Under the pieces are notes generated by a model. The model worked only from the letters and a program-made list of their open reading frames with translations. It did not search any database and was not told where the DNA came from. Of a stretch of DNA of 64,000 nucleotides, positions 8,085 through 17,779 are shown in pieces (within the stretch, counting starts at the first letter, position 1; the number at the start of each line of letters is the position of its first letter). Position numbers and translations under genes: made by a program. Source of the stretch: a virus (taxonomy: Duplodnaviria > Caudoviricetes); IMG/VR virus record IMGVR_UViG_2940244548_000002, positions 50,946 through 114,945 of that record, one strand, 5' to 3'.

Positions 8085-8528
8085 TTATTTTTCTTGCCCC
8101 TCCAGCTGGGCTATTTTTTGTTTAAGAGTACCAATCTCCCTATTTAACTCCTCTATCATCATATCTTTACGTTGTAGCTCTGCATCTTTCTCTTTCACAA
8201 TGCTTGCAGGGTATAATTCCCCTTTGCTTATCATAGTCATTAATTGCTGGTAAAAAACATCAGCCCCCTCATTTACGACTTTTTTTGCCGTATCCATTTC
8301 TATCTGCTCATCTTTGAGCATCATATTTCCAATGCCAGTCATTAACCATGCAGGGTTAAGCCCAAAGCACTCCGACCACTTAGCAGCCGTTTTTTTACCA
8401 AACGATCTATGGTTAAGTAGTTTCTGTACAGTCTGTTGAGTAGAGCCAGTAAGTTCTGCAATTTGAACCTGTGTGATTTTCCGCTCTTTGAAAAAATCTT
8501 TTAATTTTTTTCTTTCTGTATCATCCAT
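8085..8528 (-). CDS. CI-like XRE repressor
   Basis: ITQVQIAELTGSTQQTVQKLLN HTH, NPAWLMTGIG, C-terminal coiled coil; divergent from cro-like gene. Confidence 0.8.
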   Translation of the reverse strand: MDDTERKKLKDFFKERKITQVQIAELTGSTQQTVQKLLNHRSFGKKTAAKWSECFGLNPAWLMTGIGNMMLKDEQIEMDTAKKVVNEGADVFYQQLMTMISKGELYPASIVKEKDAELQRKDMMIEELNREIGTLKQKIAQLEGQEK

Positions 8529-8559
8529 TGTTTCAGCACGTTATAAATTAGTCATTAAA

Positions 8560-8650
8560 ATAAGCCAAAAAAAGGCGTATAAATATTTGGATATAAGACT
8601 AAAATAGGCTTATATTTGCATCGTTATAACGTTATAACATGACAAAGATA
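8560..8650. promoter_or_regulatory. Lysis/lysogeny switch: two 21-bp operators, opposed -7 boxes and a central palindrome
   Basis: ATAAG(C/A)C-N7-GGC(G/T)TAT at 8560-8580 and 8593-8613; TATATTTG 8611-8618 (+); TATCTTTG 8643-8650 (-); GTTATAACGTTATAAC 8623-8638. Confidence 0.7.
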
Positions 8651-8689
8651 GTTATAAAAAGGAGTATTAACACCTAAAAATGTAGCAAA

Positions 8690-8956
8690 ATGGAAAATAT
8701 GACCGTAAAGGACTATACACAGGAAGAAAAAGAGCCCAAGAGCTTTAGTGAGGTGTATAACGGACTACCCGAGCGGACTAAGGCACCCAAACAGGCATTT
8801 GTTGAGCGCATTGCTGAATTGTGCATGTGCTCACAGCAAACAGTAAGAATGTGGATTCAAGGTAAGCAACGCCCAGATGCACTAAAGCAAAAACTTATAA
8901 GTGAAGAATTGGGCATACCACAAGACGAGTTATTTCCAACACCAGTAACAGAGTAG
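8690..8956 (+). CDS. Cro-like HTH protein
   Basis: IAELCMCSQQTVRMWIQGKQRPD HTH; first gene of the early operon. Confidence 0.75.
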   Translation: MENMTVKDYTQEEKEPKSFSEVYNGLPERTKAPKQAFVERIAELCMCSQQTVRMWIQGKQRPDALKQKLISEELGIPQDELFPTPVTE

Positions 8957-8960
8957 TAAG

Positions 8961-9515
8961 ATGAAACCCACAGAGTTTTACAATACACCAGAGGGGCAAG
9001 TAACATTGCGAGCTATGGGAGAGCCAGAAAGGCAACTCACAGAGAACGACAGGGAGTTTATAGAGCAGTTTCTATATGTATTGCGTGAATATTACCCAGA
9101 GGCATTTGATGCTCTTATGGAGGTTTACAGCGTAAATATAAATAATAAGAGGTATCGTGATTTTCTGGCTGTACGCAGATTTATTAAATGCAACTTCGGC
9201 TTGTATGATAACCAAATAGATGTTGATGAGAACTGGAATTTTAAGTTTGAGTTCTTATGCTGCCCACTACACGGAGAATGTAAATACGATGGGGTTATAT
9301 GTAAACCTAAATTTTGCTCAAAATTGAGTGATAGGCAGCTGGAGGTAATGCGTATGTGTTACGAGGGTAAAAAGGATAATGAGATAGCCGATGCTCTTTT
9401 TATAAGCCTTAATACTGTAGCAAACCACCGTAAAGCCAGTTTCAAAAAAGTAGGAGTACATGATATGGCTGAATTTATGCGATACGCATACAATAATAAT
9501 TTATTCAAGTTTTGA
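8961..9515 (+). CDS. LuxR-family HTH regulator with Cys-rich N-domain
   Basis: LSDRQLEVMR...IADALFISLNTVANHR. Confidence 0.8.
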   Translation: MKPTEFYNTPEGQVTLRAMGEPERQLTENDREFIEQFLYVLREYYPEAFDALMEVYSVNINNKRYRDFLAVRRFIKCNFGLYDNQIDVDENWNFKFEFLCCPLHGECKYDGVICKPKFCSKLSDRQLEVMRMCYEGKKDNEIADALFISLNTVANHRKASFKKVGVHDMAEFMRYAYNNNLFKF

Positions 9516-9910
9516 TTATGGGAACACGTGCAACAATAGCAAAAAACAATGCAGCAGCATTAATGGCACTGGATTATGAAACCCATCATTGCCATGCACA
9601 AAACCAGATGATTTTTGATTTTGGGAAAGGAAACAAAATCGTAGTAGACAGAAAAACACAAAAGGCTTATAAAATCTGGAGAAACGAGCCTAAAGACAGC
9701 TTTAGTATTAAAGATATGCCTATACAAGAGTTTGAGAGTATAATTATAGCATTTGGCAACCAAATACCAGTGTAACTATGTGGGCTATAATTATATCATT
9801 CTCATTTTTAACACTCGCTTTACTCCTTGTTATAATCATTCTACTGTGCTACATAAAAGACGTACACAAAACAGTAGATGGATTGTATAACGAATTACAA
9901 AATGTAAAGT

Positions 9911-10243
9911 ATGGAAAATGAATTGTACAAAATCCGCTCGTTTTTAATCGGGGTTGCAGAGAGCGGTGCAGCACGTGTGTTGAAAGATTACAACCCAAAG
10001 GGTGACAGATTAACCCAGAGGCAAGCATTTGAGTTTTTTAAGCAGAGAGACACACAATTTGGAGGCGAATTTACGCACGGAGAGGCGTGGGTAAGGCGAA
10101 TGGTTGAAGAGGGGCATTTACACCCTGTAAGGCTCGGAAAGGCTAAGAATAGCCCACTATACTACAGCAAAGCAGAATTATTGGCAGTGAGAGCTGCATG
10201 CGATGCATACGAGATGGGAATATTTAACGGTACTAAACTGTAA
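9911..10243 (+). CDS. Possible excisionase-like DNA-binding protein
   Basis: Winged-helix-like WVRRMVEEG..NSPLYYSKAEL; early position. Confidence 0.4.
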   Translation: MENELYKIRSFLIGVAESGAARVLKDYNPKGDRLTQRQAFEFFKQRDTQFGGEFTHGEAWVRRMVEEGHLHPVRLGKAKNSPLYYSKAELLAVRAACDAYEMGIFNGTKL

Positions 10244-10554
10244 AACAATGAGTAAACAACAAAATTCGGTAGAAATGAGCGAAAAGGATTTAGAAAACAT
10301 AGGATTCATTTTCTGCGAGCACAAAGGAAGAGAGGCATACCACTATTTTGGTAAAAATAGGGTATTCATGGCATACATAGAAAGGAATAATGCAAAGCCT
10401 TATTATGCTGCTGTTTACAAAGTTTGTGATGTAATGCAATTTGATAATCCAAACGACCCTAGAAATGGCAAATATGCTCAATCATGGCTTACGGATGAAC
10501 AAAATATTGAAAAATTAAAAAGATGCCTTGCAATAAACGATAAATAATAAAACT

Positions 10555-12534
10555 ATGGTTATTCGATTTTTAAGATTAAAGATGCTCAATTTTAAGGGCG
10601 TGCTGGGAGAAAGGGAGATAATATTTAATCCTCAATTAACCCAGATATTAGGTGCAAATCGCACAGGTAAAACAACTATCCCAGATGCAGCCTTATGGTG
10701 TTTATTTGGTAGAAACAGCGAGGATAAAGCGGATTTTGGTATTAAAACACGTGATAAAAATGGTGCATTCATTCCAGAGTTATCGCATGAGGTTGAGCTA
10801 TTTATAGAAGTGGACGGCAAAGAGGTAAGCCTAAAACGTTGCTGGGTTGAAAAATGGAGTAAGCCAAAACAGCAAGAGGATAAAGTATTAACTGGGCATA
10901 CAACCAATTATTTTGTAGATGGTAATAAATATACCGAAACAGAATATAAAGAATATATTGAGAGCCTTTGCCCAGAGAGCCTGTTTAGAGTAATTACAAA
11001 CCCTGCATTTTTCCCAAGTTTGGAGGCTGGCAAACAACGTGCTTTGCTTACTAAAATGGTTGGAGAGGTAAGCAATGAAATGATTGCAGAGGGTAAGCCA
11101 GAATTTATGGCTATGCTGGAAGAGCTGGATGGGCGTACATTGGAGGCTTTTTTGCAACACCTATCCTATAAGAAAAAAGGGGTAAAGGATGAGTTGGATA
11201 GAATACCTATACGCATTAAGGAGCAAAAAGACGAGATAGTAAAAATTACTCCAGAGGATACCAGCTGGGAAAAGCTGGAGGGTGATATAACGGCTGCTGA
11301 AAATGCCATTGAGCGCATTGATGAAGAGGTTGCAGACCGTAGCAAAACTTTGGATACAGACTATGAGGCAAAAGCTACCGAGCGGAATGCAATTAACAAA
11401 TTGCGAGAAAAAGTACAAAGCATTGAGTTTGAAGCACGCCAAACATACAACAATGCCAGCCGTAACAGAACCAATGCTATCCGAGAAGCCGAAAACTCTC
11501 TACAGGACACAGAAAGAGAGATTAATACCCAGAAAGGCAGAAAAGAGAGTGCAGAACGTGCGCTAAATAGCCTAGAGCAAGAAAAGGCTGATTTTCGTAA
11601 CCGTTGGCAACTAGTGAACGATGAGGAGTTTATTATTAATGATAATGAGCTTATTTGCCCTACCTGCAAACGTAGGCTGGAGGAAACAGATGTGCAAGAG
11701 AAATCTAGCACTATGGAGGAGAATTTTAACCGTACCAAATCGGGTAAAATAGAGGCTCTGGAGATTGAAGCTGAACAGCTTAAAAAACGTGGCAATGGCT
11801 ATAACGATACTATAGCCGAATGCAACAAAAAAATCCAAGAACTAGAGAACCTGCTACCTGCCAAAAAACAAGCTGTAGCTGATGCAAAAGCCATTGAGTT
11901 GCAAAGCGAGGAAAGTATATTGCAAGGTAACACAGAACTGGTAGAACTAAAAAAAGAGATTGAAACACGCACAACTGCACTGGATACCCCAAATGCTGCC
12001 AGTGAGGAGGTGCAAACTGGCATTAACGCTCTAAAGGGAGATAAAAAACAGCTTCAAGATAAGGTTGATAGCCTTAAAAAGCAACTTTATGTACGTGAAA
12101 CTATTGCAAACAAAAACGCACGTATCAAAGAGCTGGAGGGGCAAGAAAAAACTCTTAACCAGCAACTATCCGAGCTTGAAAAGAAAGAATACACTGCACA
12201 GGAGTTTACCAAAGCTCACATTGTAGAGCTGGAGGGTAAAGTTAATGCTCTTTTCCTAAATGTACGTTTTACCATGTTCGACCACAAGTTAAATGGAGCT
12301 CTAAAGCCTATTTGTGAGTGTACGGTGGGCGGTGTACCCTACAGTGATCTAAATAATGCAGACCGCATTAATGCTGGTATAGATATAATCAATGCGATTT
12401 GCCGATTTAACAACGTATATGCTCCATGCTTCATAGATAATGCAGAGAGTATTAACGATGTAATGCCTATGGATAGCCAAGCTATTCACCTTATTGTGAG
12501 CAGAGATAAAGAGCTAGTAATAATCAACAATTAA
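10555..12534 (+). CDS. Rad50/SbcC-like AAA ATPase
   Basis: Walker A GANRTGKTT, coiled coil with CPTC hook, FIDNAES Walker B. Confidence 0.85.
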   Translation: MVIRFLRLKMLNFKGVLGEREIIFNPQLTQILGANRTGKTTIPDAALWCLFGRNSEDKADFGIKTRDKNGAFIPELSHEVELFIEVDGKEVSLKRCWVEKWSKPKQQEDKVLTGHTTNYFVDGNKYTETEYKEYIESLCPESLFRVITNPAFFPSLEAGKQRALLTKMVGEVSNEMIAEGKPEFMAMLEELDGRTLEAFLQHLSYKKKGVKDELDRIPIRIKEQKDEIVKITPEDTSWEKLEGDITAAENAIERIDEEVADRSKTLDTDYEAKATERNAINKLREKVQSIEFEARQTYNNASRNRTNAIREAENSLQDTEREINTQKGRKESAERALNSLEQEKADFRNRWQLVNDEEFIINDNELICPTCKRRLEETDVQEKSSTMEENFNRTKSGKIEALEIEAEQLKKRGNGYNDTIAECNKKIQELENLLPAKKQAVADAKAIELQSEESILQGNTELVELKKEIETRTTALDTPNAASEEVQTGINALKGDKKQLQDKVDSLKKQLYVRETIANKNARIKELEGQEKTLNQQLSELEKKEYTAQEFTKAHIVELEGKVNALFLNVRFTMFDHKLNGALKPICECTVGGVPYSDLNNADRINAGIDIINAICRFNNVYAPCFIDNAESINDVMPMDSQAIHLIVSRDKELVIINN

Positions 12535-12545
12535 TTAGTAATAAC

Positions 12546-13499
12546 ATGGGAAATGATGCCAACAATGCTGGTGGTGCAAATACGCAGGCACAGCAACAAA
12601 CGCTTACTCAAAACGCAGTAGCATTAAAAAAATTTCAAGAGGAAACAACCGAGCAGGTACTAGCTAAGATTACCCTCATGCAAGAGGCTGGAGCTATCAA
12701 ATTACCTGCTAATTATTCGGCTGGCAATGCTGTTAAACTGGGATGGCTTTACCTTATGGATGTAAAGGACAGGAATAATAAGCCAGCTGTAGAGGTTTGT
12801 ACACGTGAAAGTATCTGTAATACCTTTTTTAAGATGGTTATTAAAGGGCTATCTGTAGCGAAAAAACAATGCTATTTCATTGTTTATGGCAACCAGCTAA
12901 CTCTACAGGAGGATTACAGAGGTAATCTAATGATAGCAAAGCGGGATACTCCTATAGCCGATGTAAACCCACAAGTAATTTACGAGGGCGACAATTTTGT
13001 ATATACGGTTGATGAAAATGGTTTGTACCAGCTGGTGAAGCATGAGACCAAACTAGAGAACATTAACATAGACAAAATTACTGGAGCTTATGCAGTAGTT
13101 ATAAATAAAGATGGCTCGAAAAGGCTGGAAATTATGACTATAGCACAAATCCGTAACTCATGGACGCAAGGTGCTGCTGGTGGCAAAAGTGGTGCGCATG
13201 TAAAGTTTACAGACCAAATGTGCAAGAAAACAGTTATCAACCGAGCATGTAAAATTGAGATTGGCAGCAGCGATGATAGCGCAATTATGGGAGATGATGA
13301 TGATGTGGATGCAGTACTAGATATACCAGTAGAAGAAAGAAAGAGCGCACTGGAGCAAGGTACTACAATAGTGGATGCAACGGATATTACCTATGAGGAA
13401 GTAAAAGAAACTCCAGAAGCTACACCTACAGCGGAAGCCCCCCAGCCAGAGCAAACAGCAAAAGGTACAAAAGGCACACAAAAAGATTGCCCAATTTAA
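12546..13499 (+). CDS. recT: RecT-family ssDNA annealing protein
   Basis: GLS..KKQCYFIVYG, ITGAYAV, DQMCKKTVINRACK motifs. Confidence 0.85.
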   Translation: MGNDANNAGGANTQAQQQTLTQNAVALKKFQEETTEQVLAKITLMQEAGAIKLPANYSAGNAVKLGWLYLMDVKDRNNKPAVEVCTRESICNTFFKMVIKGLSVAKKQCYFIVYGNQLTLQEDYRGNLMIAKRDTPIADVNPQVIYEGDNFVYTVDENGLYQLVKHETKLENINIDKITGAYAVVINKDGSKRLEIMTIAQIRNSWTQGAAGGKSGAHVKFTDQMCKKTVINRACKIEIGSSDDSAIMGDDDDVDAVLDIPVEERKSALEQGTTIVDATDITYEEVKETPEATPTAEAPQPEQTAKGTKGTQKDCPI

Positions 13500-13512
13500 T
13501 AAGTAGCAGATA

Positions 13513-14244
13513 ATGGAACTAAAGATACTAGGCAGCTCCTCACATGGGAACGGATATATACTGGAGGCAGATAATGAGGCTCTGATTATAGAGGCTGGTG
13601 TTAAGCTGCTGGAGGCAAAGAAAGCCATAAATTTCAACCTTTCCAAAGTAGTGGGCTGCTTAGTATCTCACCAACACAACGACCATGCTGGCAATGCTCT
13701 GGAGTATGCCAGTGCAGGTGTAATCGTGCTAGCCTTGCCAGAGGTAATAATAGCTAAAAATATAGAGCGGAATTATAAAACGATTGAGTTTGGGAAAGGG
13801 TACAAGATGGGTAATTTCAAGATACTACCTTTTGAGCTTATGCACGATGTACCATGTGCAGGTTTTTTAATTGAGCATCCCCAGAGCGGAAAAGTGCTGT
13901 TTATTACCGACACATACGCATGCAAGTATAGGTTTACAGGCTTATCCCACATACTTATCGAAGCCAATTACGCAGATGATATTTTAACAGATAATATACT
14001 GGAGGGTAGATTACCACAAGTAATGCGCAAAAGACTATTAACAAGCCACATGGAGATAGAGAGTACAAAAGAGTTTTTGCGCTCCAGCGACTTAAAACAG
14101 GTACGCAATATTGTATTACTCCATTTAAGCGATGGAAATAGTAACGAAAAGCGGTTTGTTGATGAGTGCAAGGCTGTTACTGGGAAAAAGGTAGTAGCTG
14201 CTAATGCAGGGATGGTTATACAATTTGGAGCTTTACCATTATGA
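13513..14244 (+). CDS. MBL-fold metallo-hydrolase (probable exonuclease partner of RecT)
   Basis: GSSSHGNGY, SHQHNDHA, HD, TDT, EANY, LHLS motifs. Confidence 0.85.
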   Translation: MELKILGSSSHGNGYILEADNEALIIEAGVKLLEAKKAINFNLSKVVGCLVSHQHNDHAGNALEYASAGVIVLALPEVIIAKNIERNYKTIEFGKGYKMGNFKILPFELMHDVPCAGFLIEHPQSGKVLFITDTYACKYRFTGLSHILIEANYADDILTDNILEGRLPQVMRKRLLTSHMEIESTKEFLRSSDLKQVRNIVLLHLSDGNSNEKRFVDECKAVTGKKVVAANAGMVIQFGALPL

Positions 14245-14403
14245 GATATTTAACAGAGGCAAATGCTAAGACTGTGATTGAAGCTCTGGAGGAAAAGATA
14301 ACCGAGCTACAGCAGCTACCTAAAAAGGGCTTACGATTACAAAATAAGATAAGATTGATGCAGATTGCATTAAGTGATTTACAAAAAAATAAAATTAAGA
14401 AAA

Positions 14404-15006
14404 ATGGAAGTATTAAAAGCAAATAAGCAGGAGGTATTAAACTGCTTTAACAAGGCTGCACAAGGAAGTGATGCCAGAACAATACTAAAGCAACTCTTTG
14501 GAGATGCAGTATTTGAGTTTGATTACAGAAGTATAAAAACGGTTGAAGATGCCTATAAAGCTATGGGTATAGACCAAGTAAACCCATTTTTCTCTAATAC
14601 CCCAAAATTCGGGTTGCCATTGCTTGATATGGCTCTGGCTTCCTCTGGAGCTCTATTTGATTTGTGGGTGGTATGTGCTGCCATAAATAACGGCAAATGG
14701 GTAGACCAAGACGGATGGGGATATTACCCTTACTGGGTGCTATACTCCAAAGAGGAGATTGCGGAAATGGGCGAGGCTGAACGTAAAAAGCAGAATATTT
14801 GCCTCCTTGCTGGTGTCACTGCGCATCATGCGGAGTTTGCGGGTGTGCGTGGAGCGTATGCGGGTCGTCGTGGCTCGTATTCGGCTACGTATGGAGGTTT
14901 TCCCTTGTGCCTGAACGACAGCGAAAGGGCTATTTACTGTGGAAATCAATTCAGAGAGCTCTGGTTTAAGTATTACGGATTTATTTTAAAGGAGGGGCAA
15001 AAATGA
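14404..15006 (+). CDS. Non-structural early protein, second (distal) target of DGR2
   Basis: Contains VR3 internally, about 31 codons before the stop; ATG 14404. Confidence 0.85.
   Translation: MEVLKANKQEVLNCFNKAAQGSDARTILKQLFGDAVFEFDYRSIKTVEDAYKAMGIDQVNPFFSNTPKFGLPLLDMALASSGALFDLWVVCAAINNGKWVDQDGWGYYPYWVLYSKEEIAEMGEAERKKQNICLLAGVTAHHAEFAGVRGAYAGRRGSYSATYGGFPLCLNDSERAIYCGNQFRELWFKYYGFILKEGQK
14798..14912 (+). repeat. Distal variable repeat (VR3) of DGR2
   Basis: 115-nt ungapped match to 60671-60785; all 16 mismatches at TR adenines. Confidence 0.95.
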
Positions 15007-15464
15007 TGTGGTTTCAATGTAAAGTTAGTTACGAGAAGATTGCCGAAAATGGCATGAATGTAAAAGTAACCGAGCCCTATTTAGTTGATGCTCTTAGCTA
15101 TACGGAGGCAGAGGCACGGATTATAGAGGAAATGCAGCCCTACATAAGCGGTGAGTTTACGATAGCCGATATTAAAAGAGCAAACTATGCAGAGATTTTT
15201 AATAGAGATGATGAGCAAGCAGACCGCTGGTGGGAATGTAAGGTAGAGTATATAACTCTGGATGAAAAAAGCGGTTCGGAAAAACGTACAGGGGTAAGGA
15301 TGCTGGTAAAAGCCACTGATTTAAAAAATGCCTATGATGAATTAATCATAGGTATGAAAGATACAATGGCTGATTACTGGGTTAAAAACATAAAGGAAAC
15401 ACCCATTATGGATATTTTCCCATACAGTGCGACAACCGAGCAGACAGAGGAGACTGGTAACTAA
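15003..15464 (+). CDS. DUF4494-like protein
   Basis: WFQCKVSYEK...YLVDALSYTEAEARIIEEM...IKETPIMDIF. Confidence 0.75.
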   Translation: MMWFQCKVSYEKIAENGMNVKVTEPYLVDALSYTEAEARIIEEMQPYISGEFTIADIKRANYAEIFNRDDEQADRWWECKVEYITLDEKSGSEKRTGVRMLVKATDLKNAYDELIIGMKDTMADYWVKNIKETPIMDIFPYSATTEQTEETGN

Positions 15465-15529
15465 TCAATAAAATGTACCACTGTGCTAGAGAAAATAGTA
15501 CAGTGGGCATAAAAAGGAGTGATTTTTTA

Positions 15530-16306
15530 ATGAAAGGTTGGATTTGCTTACATAGACAATTTCTTAAATGGGAATGGGCGGGTGACCCTAACATGGTAGC
15601 TCTGTTTGTTTACCTACTCTTAATGGCAAACTCGGAAGAGGGCTATAAGTGGAAAGGAATTACATTAAATAGAGGCGAATTATTAACCAGCCTACCTAGA
15701 ATAAGCAAGGATACTGGCTTAACAATACAGACCGTGCGCACATGCTTAAATCGGTTAAAATCAACAGGCGAAATAACAGACAAAACAACAAACAAATTTA
15801 GGGTAATAACTATCTGTAAATATGGAGATTATCAAGACTTCAACAAAAAGGATAACAGCCAAACTAACAGGCAAACTAACAGCCAGCCAACAGGCAAGCA
15901 ACATCCAACTAACATCATTCAACAAAATAACAATATAACAAGTGATAACAATAATAATGATAGTATGAATGATTTAGAATTGATGTTTGAGGATTTTAGG
16001 AAAGCCTATAAGGGTACAAAAAGAGGCTTTAAGCTGGAGTTTGAGAACCTAAAAAAGAAACGCCCGAAAGATTGGCGGGAAGTTGTGCCAAAGTTAATGC
16101 CTGCATTGGAGCGATTGATAGAGTGGAGAGAGCAGGCGCAGAGTGCTGGAAAATTTGTGCCAGAGTGGGCAATGCTGCAAACGTGGATTAACCAGAGTAG
16201 ATGGGAAAGTGAATTAGAAACAATTAACGAAAATGGAAGCAATAAAACTGGATACAATAATAAGGAGAATGGAGCGGGAGCACCAAACTATGACGAAGAG
16301 TTTTGA
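15530..16306 (+). CDS. Phage replication initiator (lambda O-like) with internal origin
   Basis: GWICLHRQ..W, LLLMAN, RGELLTS HTH; 12-bp iterons in the middle of the gene. Confidence 0.8.
   Translation: MKGWICLHRQFLKWEWAGDPNMVALFVYLLLMANSEEGYKWKGITLNRGELLTSLPRISKDTGLTIQTVRTCLNRLKSTGEITDKTTNKFRVITICKYGDYQDFNKKDNSQTNRQTNSQPTGKQHPTNIIQQNNNITSDNNNNDSMNDLELMFEDFRKAYKGTKRGFKLEFENLKKKRPKDWREVVPKLMPALERLIEWREQAQSAGKFVPEWAMLQTWINQSRWESELETINENGSNKTGYNNKENGAGAPNYDEEF
15761..15960 (+). repeat. Origin iterons (approx. CTAACAGGCAAA, 12-bp period) plus A-rich tract
   Basis: TCAACAGGCGAA ATAACAGACAAA at 15761; ATAACAGCCAAA CTAACAGGCAAA CTAACAGCCAGC at 15852. Confidence 0.7.
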
Positions 16307-16955
16307 GGATTTGAGTAATGAGGATGTATATTCTCAACATGCAAACCTTACAATTCACATAGCAAACCAGCTGCTATTACCACAACGGAGGACATTTGTA
16401 GTGGATGATAGGAACAAACAAATAATGCGCTTTTTACTCTATTACTTTAATGATTGCCCTCTGGCAGAGGAGGTTTTCCCCGATAAGCATTACAAGTTGC
16501 ACAAAAACTTGCTCATTTGTGGGGATGTGGGTACTGGTAAAACGCTCCTGATGCAAATATTTTCCGAATATTTGAAATACACCGATAACCCGAACCACTT
16601 TCACAACCTATCAGTAACGCAAATGGTGAACTATTATACCATACACAATAACCTTGATAGGTACACCTACAATGAGGAGAGTAGCGTAGGGTTTCAGATA
16701 AAACCAGTAAACATTTGCTTGAATGATATAGGAATTGAAAGCAAGGTACATTTTGGGATGGATACGAAAGTATTAACCAATGAGTTCCTGCATGCTCGTA
16801 ATGAGGTTTGGGTACATTACCGCAAACATGGGCACTTAACCACCAATTTATCTGTAGCCCAGTTGAAAGAAGAATTTGCCGATAGCTTTGGTAGGCTGGT
16901 AGATAGGTTCAAAACGTATAACGTAATCGCCATGACTGGCGAAAGTAGGAGGTAA
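16233..16955 (+). CDS. DnaC-like P-loop ATPase (helicase loader)
   Basis: GDVGTGKT, CLNDIG, HLTTNL, RLVDRF..GESRR. Confidence 0.8.
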   Translation: MEAIKLDTIIRRMEREHQTMTKSFEDLSNEDVYSQHANLTIHIANQLLLPQRRTFVVDDRNKQIMRFLLYYFNDCPLAEEVFPDKHYKLHKNLLICGDVGTGKTLLMQIFSEYLKYTDNPNHFHNLSVTQMVNYYTIHNNLDRYTYNEESSVGFQIKPVNICLNDIGIESKVHFGMDTKVLTNEFLHARNEVWVHYRKHGHLTTNLSVAQLKEEFADSFGRLVDRFKTYNVIAMTGESRR

Positions 16956-16986
16956 AAAAATAAAATAATAAAATAATAACAGCTTT

Positions 16987-17706
16987 ATGGAAAACAAGAA
17001 AGAAGCAATTAAAAGGAAAATCAAGGCTCTATTGGTAAGAACTACAGAAAATGGAGCTACAGAGGCAGAAGCTCTGGCAGCAATGGCTAAAGCAAAAGAG
17101 TTAATGATGGAGTATTACATCTCCGAGCATGAGCTAACCGACCCCTACGCATTTGAAAAGTGTGTTTTTAAAGAGGTAGATTTAATTAAATCTGGGTATG
17201 AACTTGGAGGATTTTATAACTCCTTAACCAGATTGTTTGATTGTGAATATTTCTACAACTACAAACGTATCTCATTCTTTGGATTTGAGGAAGATACCGA
17301 GCTATGCGCTTACTTCTACACTTTCATCATTCGGGCATGTATGGCTGAAAAAGACAAGTATATGAACTCCAAAGAGTGTAAGGCTCTCAAAAACATTTAT
17401 CATGGTAGAACTCTGGCAGCTTCTTTTGTTAAAGGTTTTATCTGGGGTATTAGCCAGAAAATGGAGGATATGTACCAAAGCAGGAAAAAAGATTTGCCCG
17501 AAGAGGTTGGGTTGATGGTAATTGATAAAAGGAACAAAGTTAATACCCAGTTTGAAGAGCAAAATTTGAAAATAAAAACCCATAGGAGCAACCTAGAGAT
17601 AAAGCAATATAGTGCTTTTCTTGATGGGGAACATAAGGGGTTAAGTACAGAGTTAAATTATGCTCTAAACGGAGGTCAAAAAGAAGTATTATCATTACCA
17701 GAATAG
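16987..17706 (+). CDS. DUF2786-domain protein
   Basis: KIKALL....GATEAEA.AAMAKAKELM. Confidence 0.7.
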   Translation: MENKKEAIKRKIKALLVRTTENGATEAEALAAMAKAKELMMEYYISEHELTDPYAFEKCVFKEVDLIKSGYELGGFYNSLTRLFDCEYFYNYKRISFFGFEEDTELCAYFYTFIIRACMAEKDKYMNSKECKALKNIYHGRTLAASFVKGFIWGISQKMEDMYQSRKKDLPEEVGLMVIDKRNKVNTQFEEQNLKIKTHRSNLEIKQYSAFLDGEHKGLSTELNYALNGGQKEVLSLPE

Positions 17707-17779
17707 AGAAACGCATAATTTTTACATAGTAACACATTGTAAAAGCGTGTATATACGCCACGTAAATAAAGAAAATGAT

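Noticed and set aside
14913-14945. Hairpin downstream of VR3
   Set aside because: Only 3-4 bp stems (AGC/GCT, ACAG/CTGT); too weak to call
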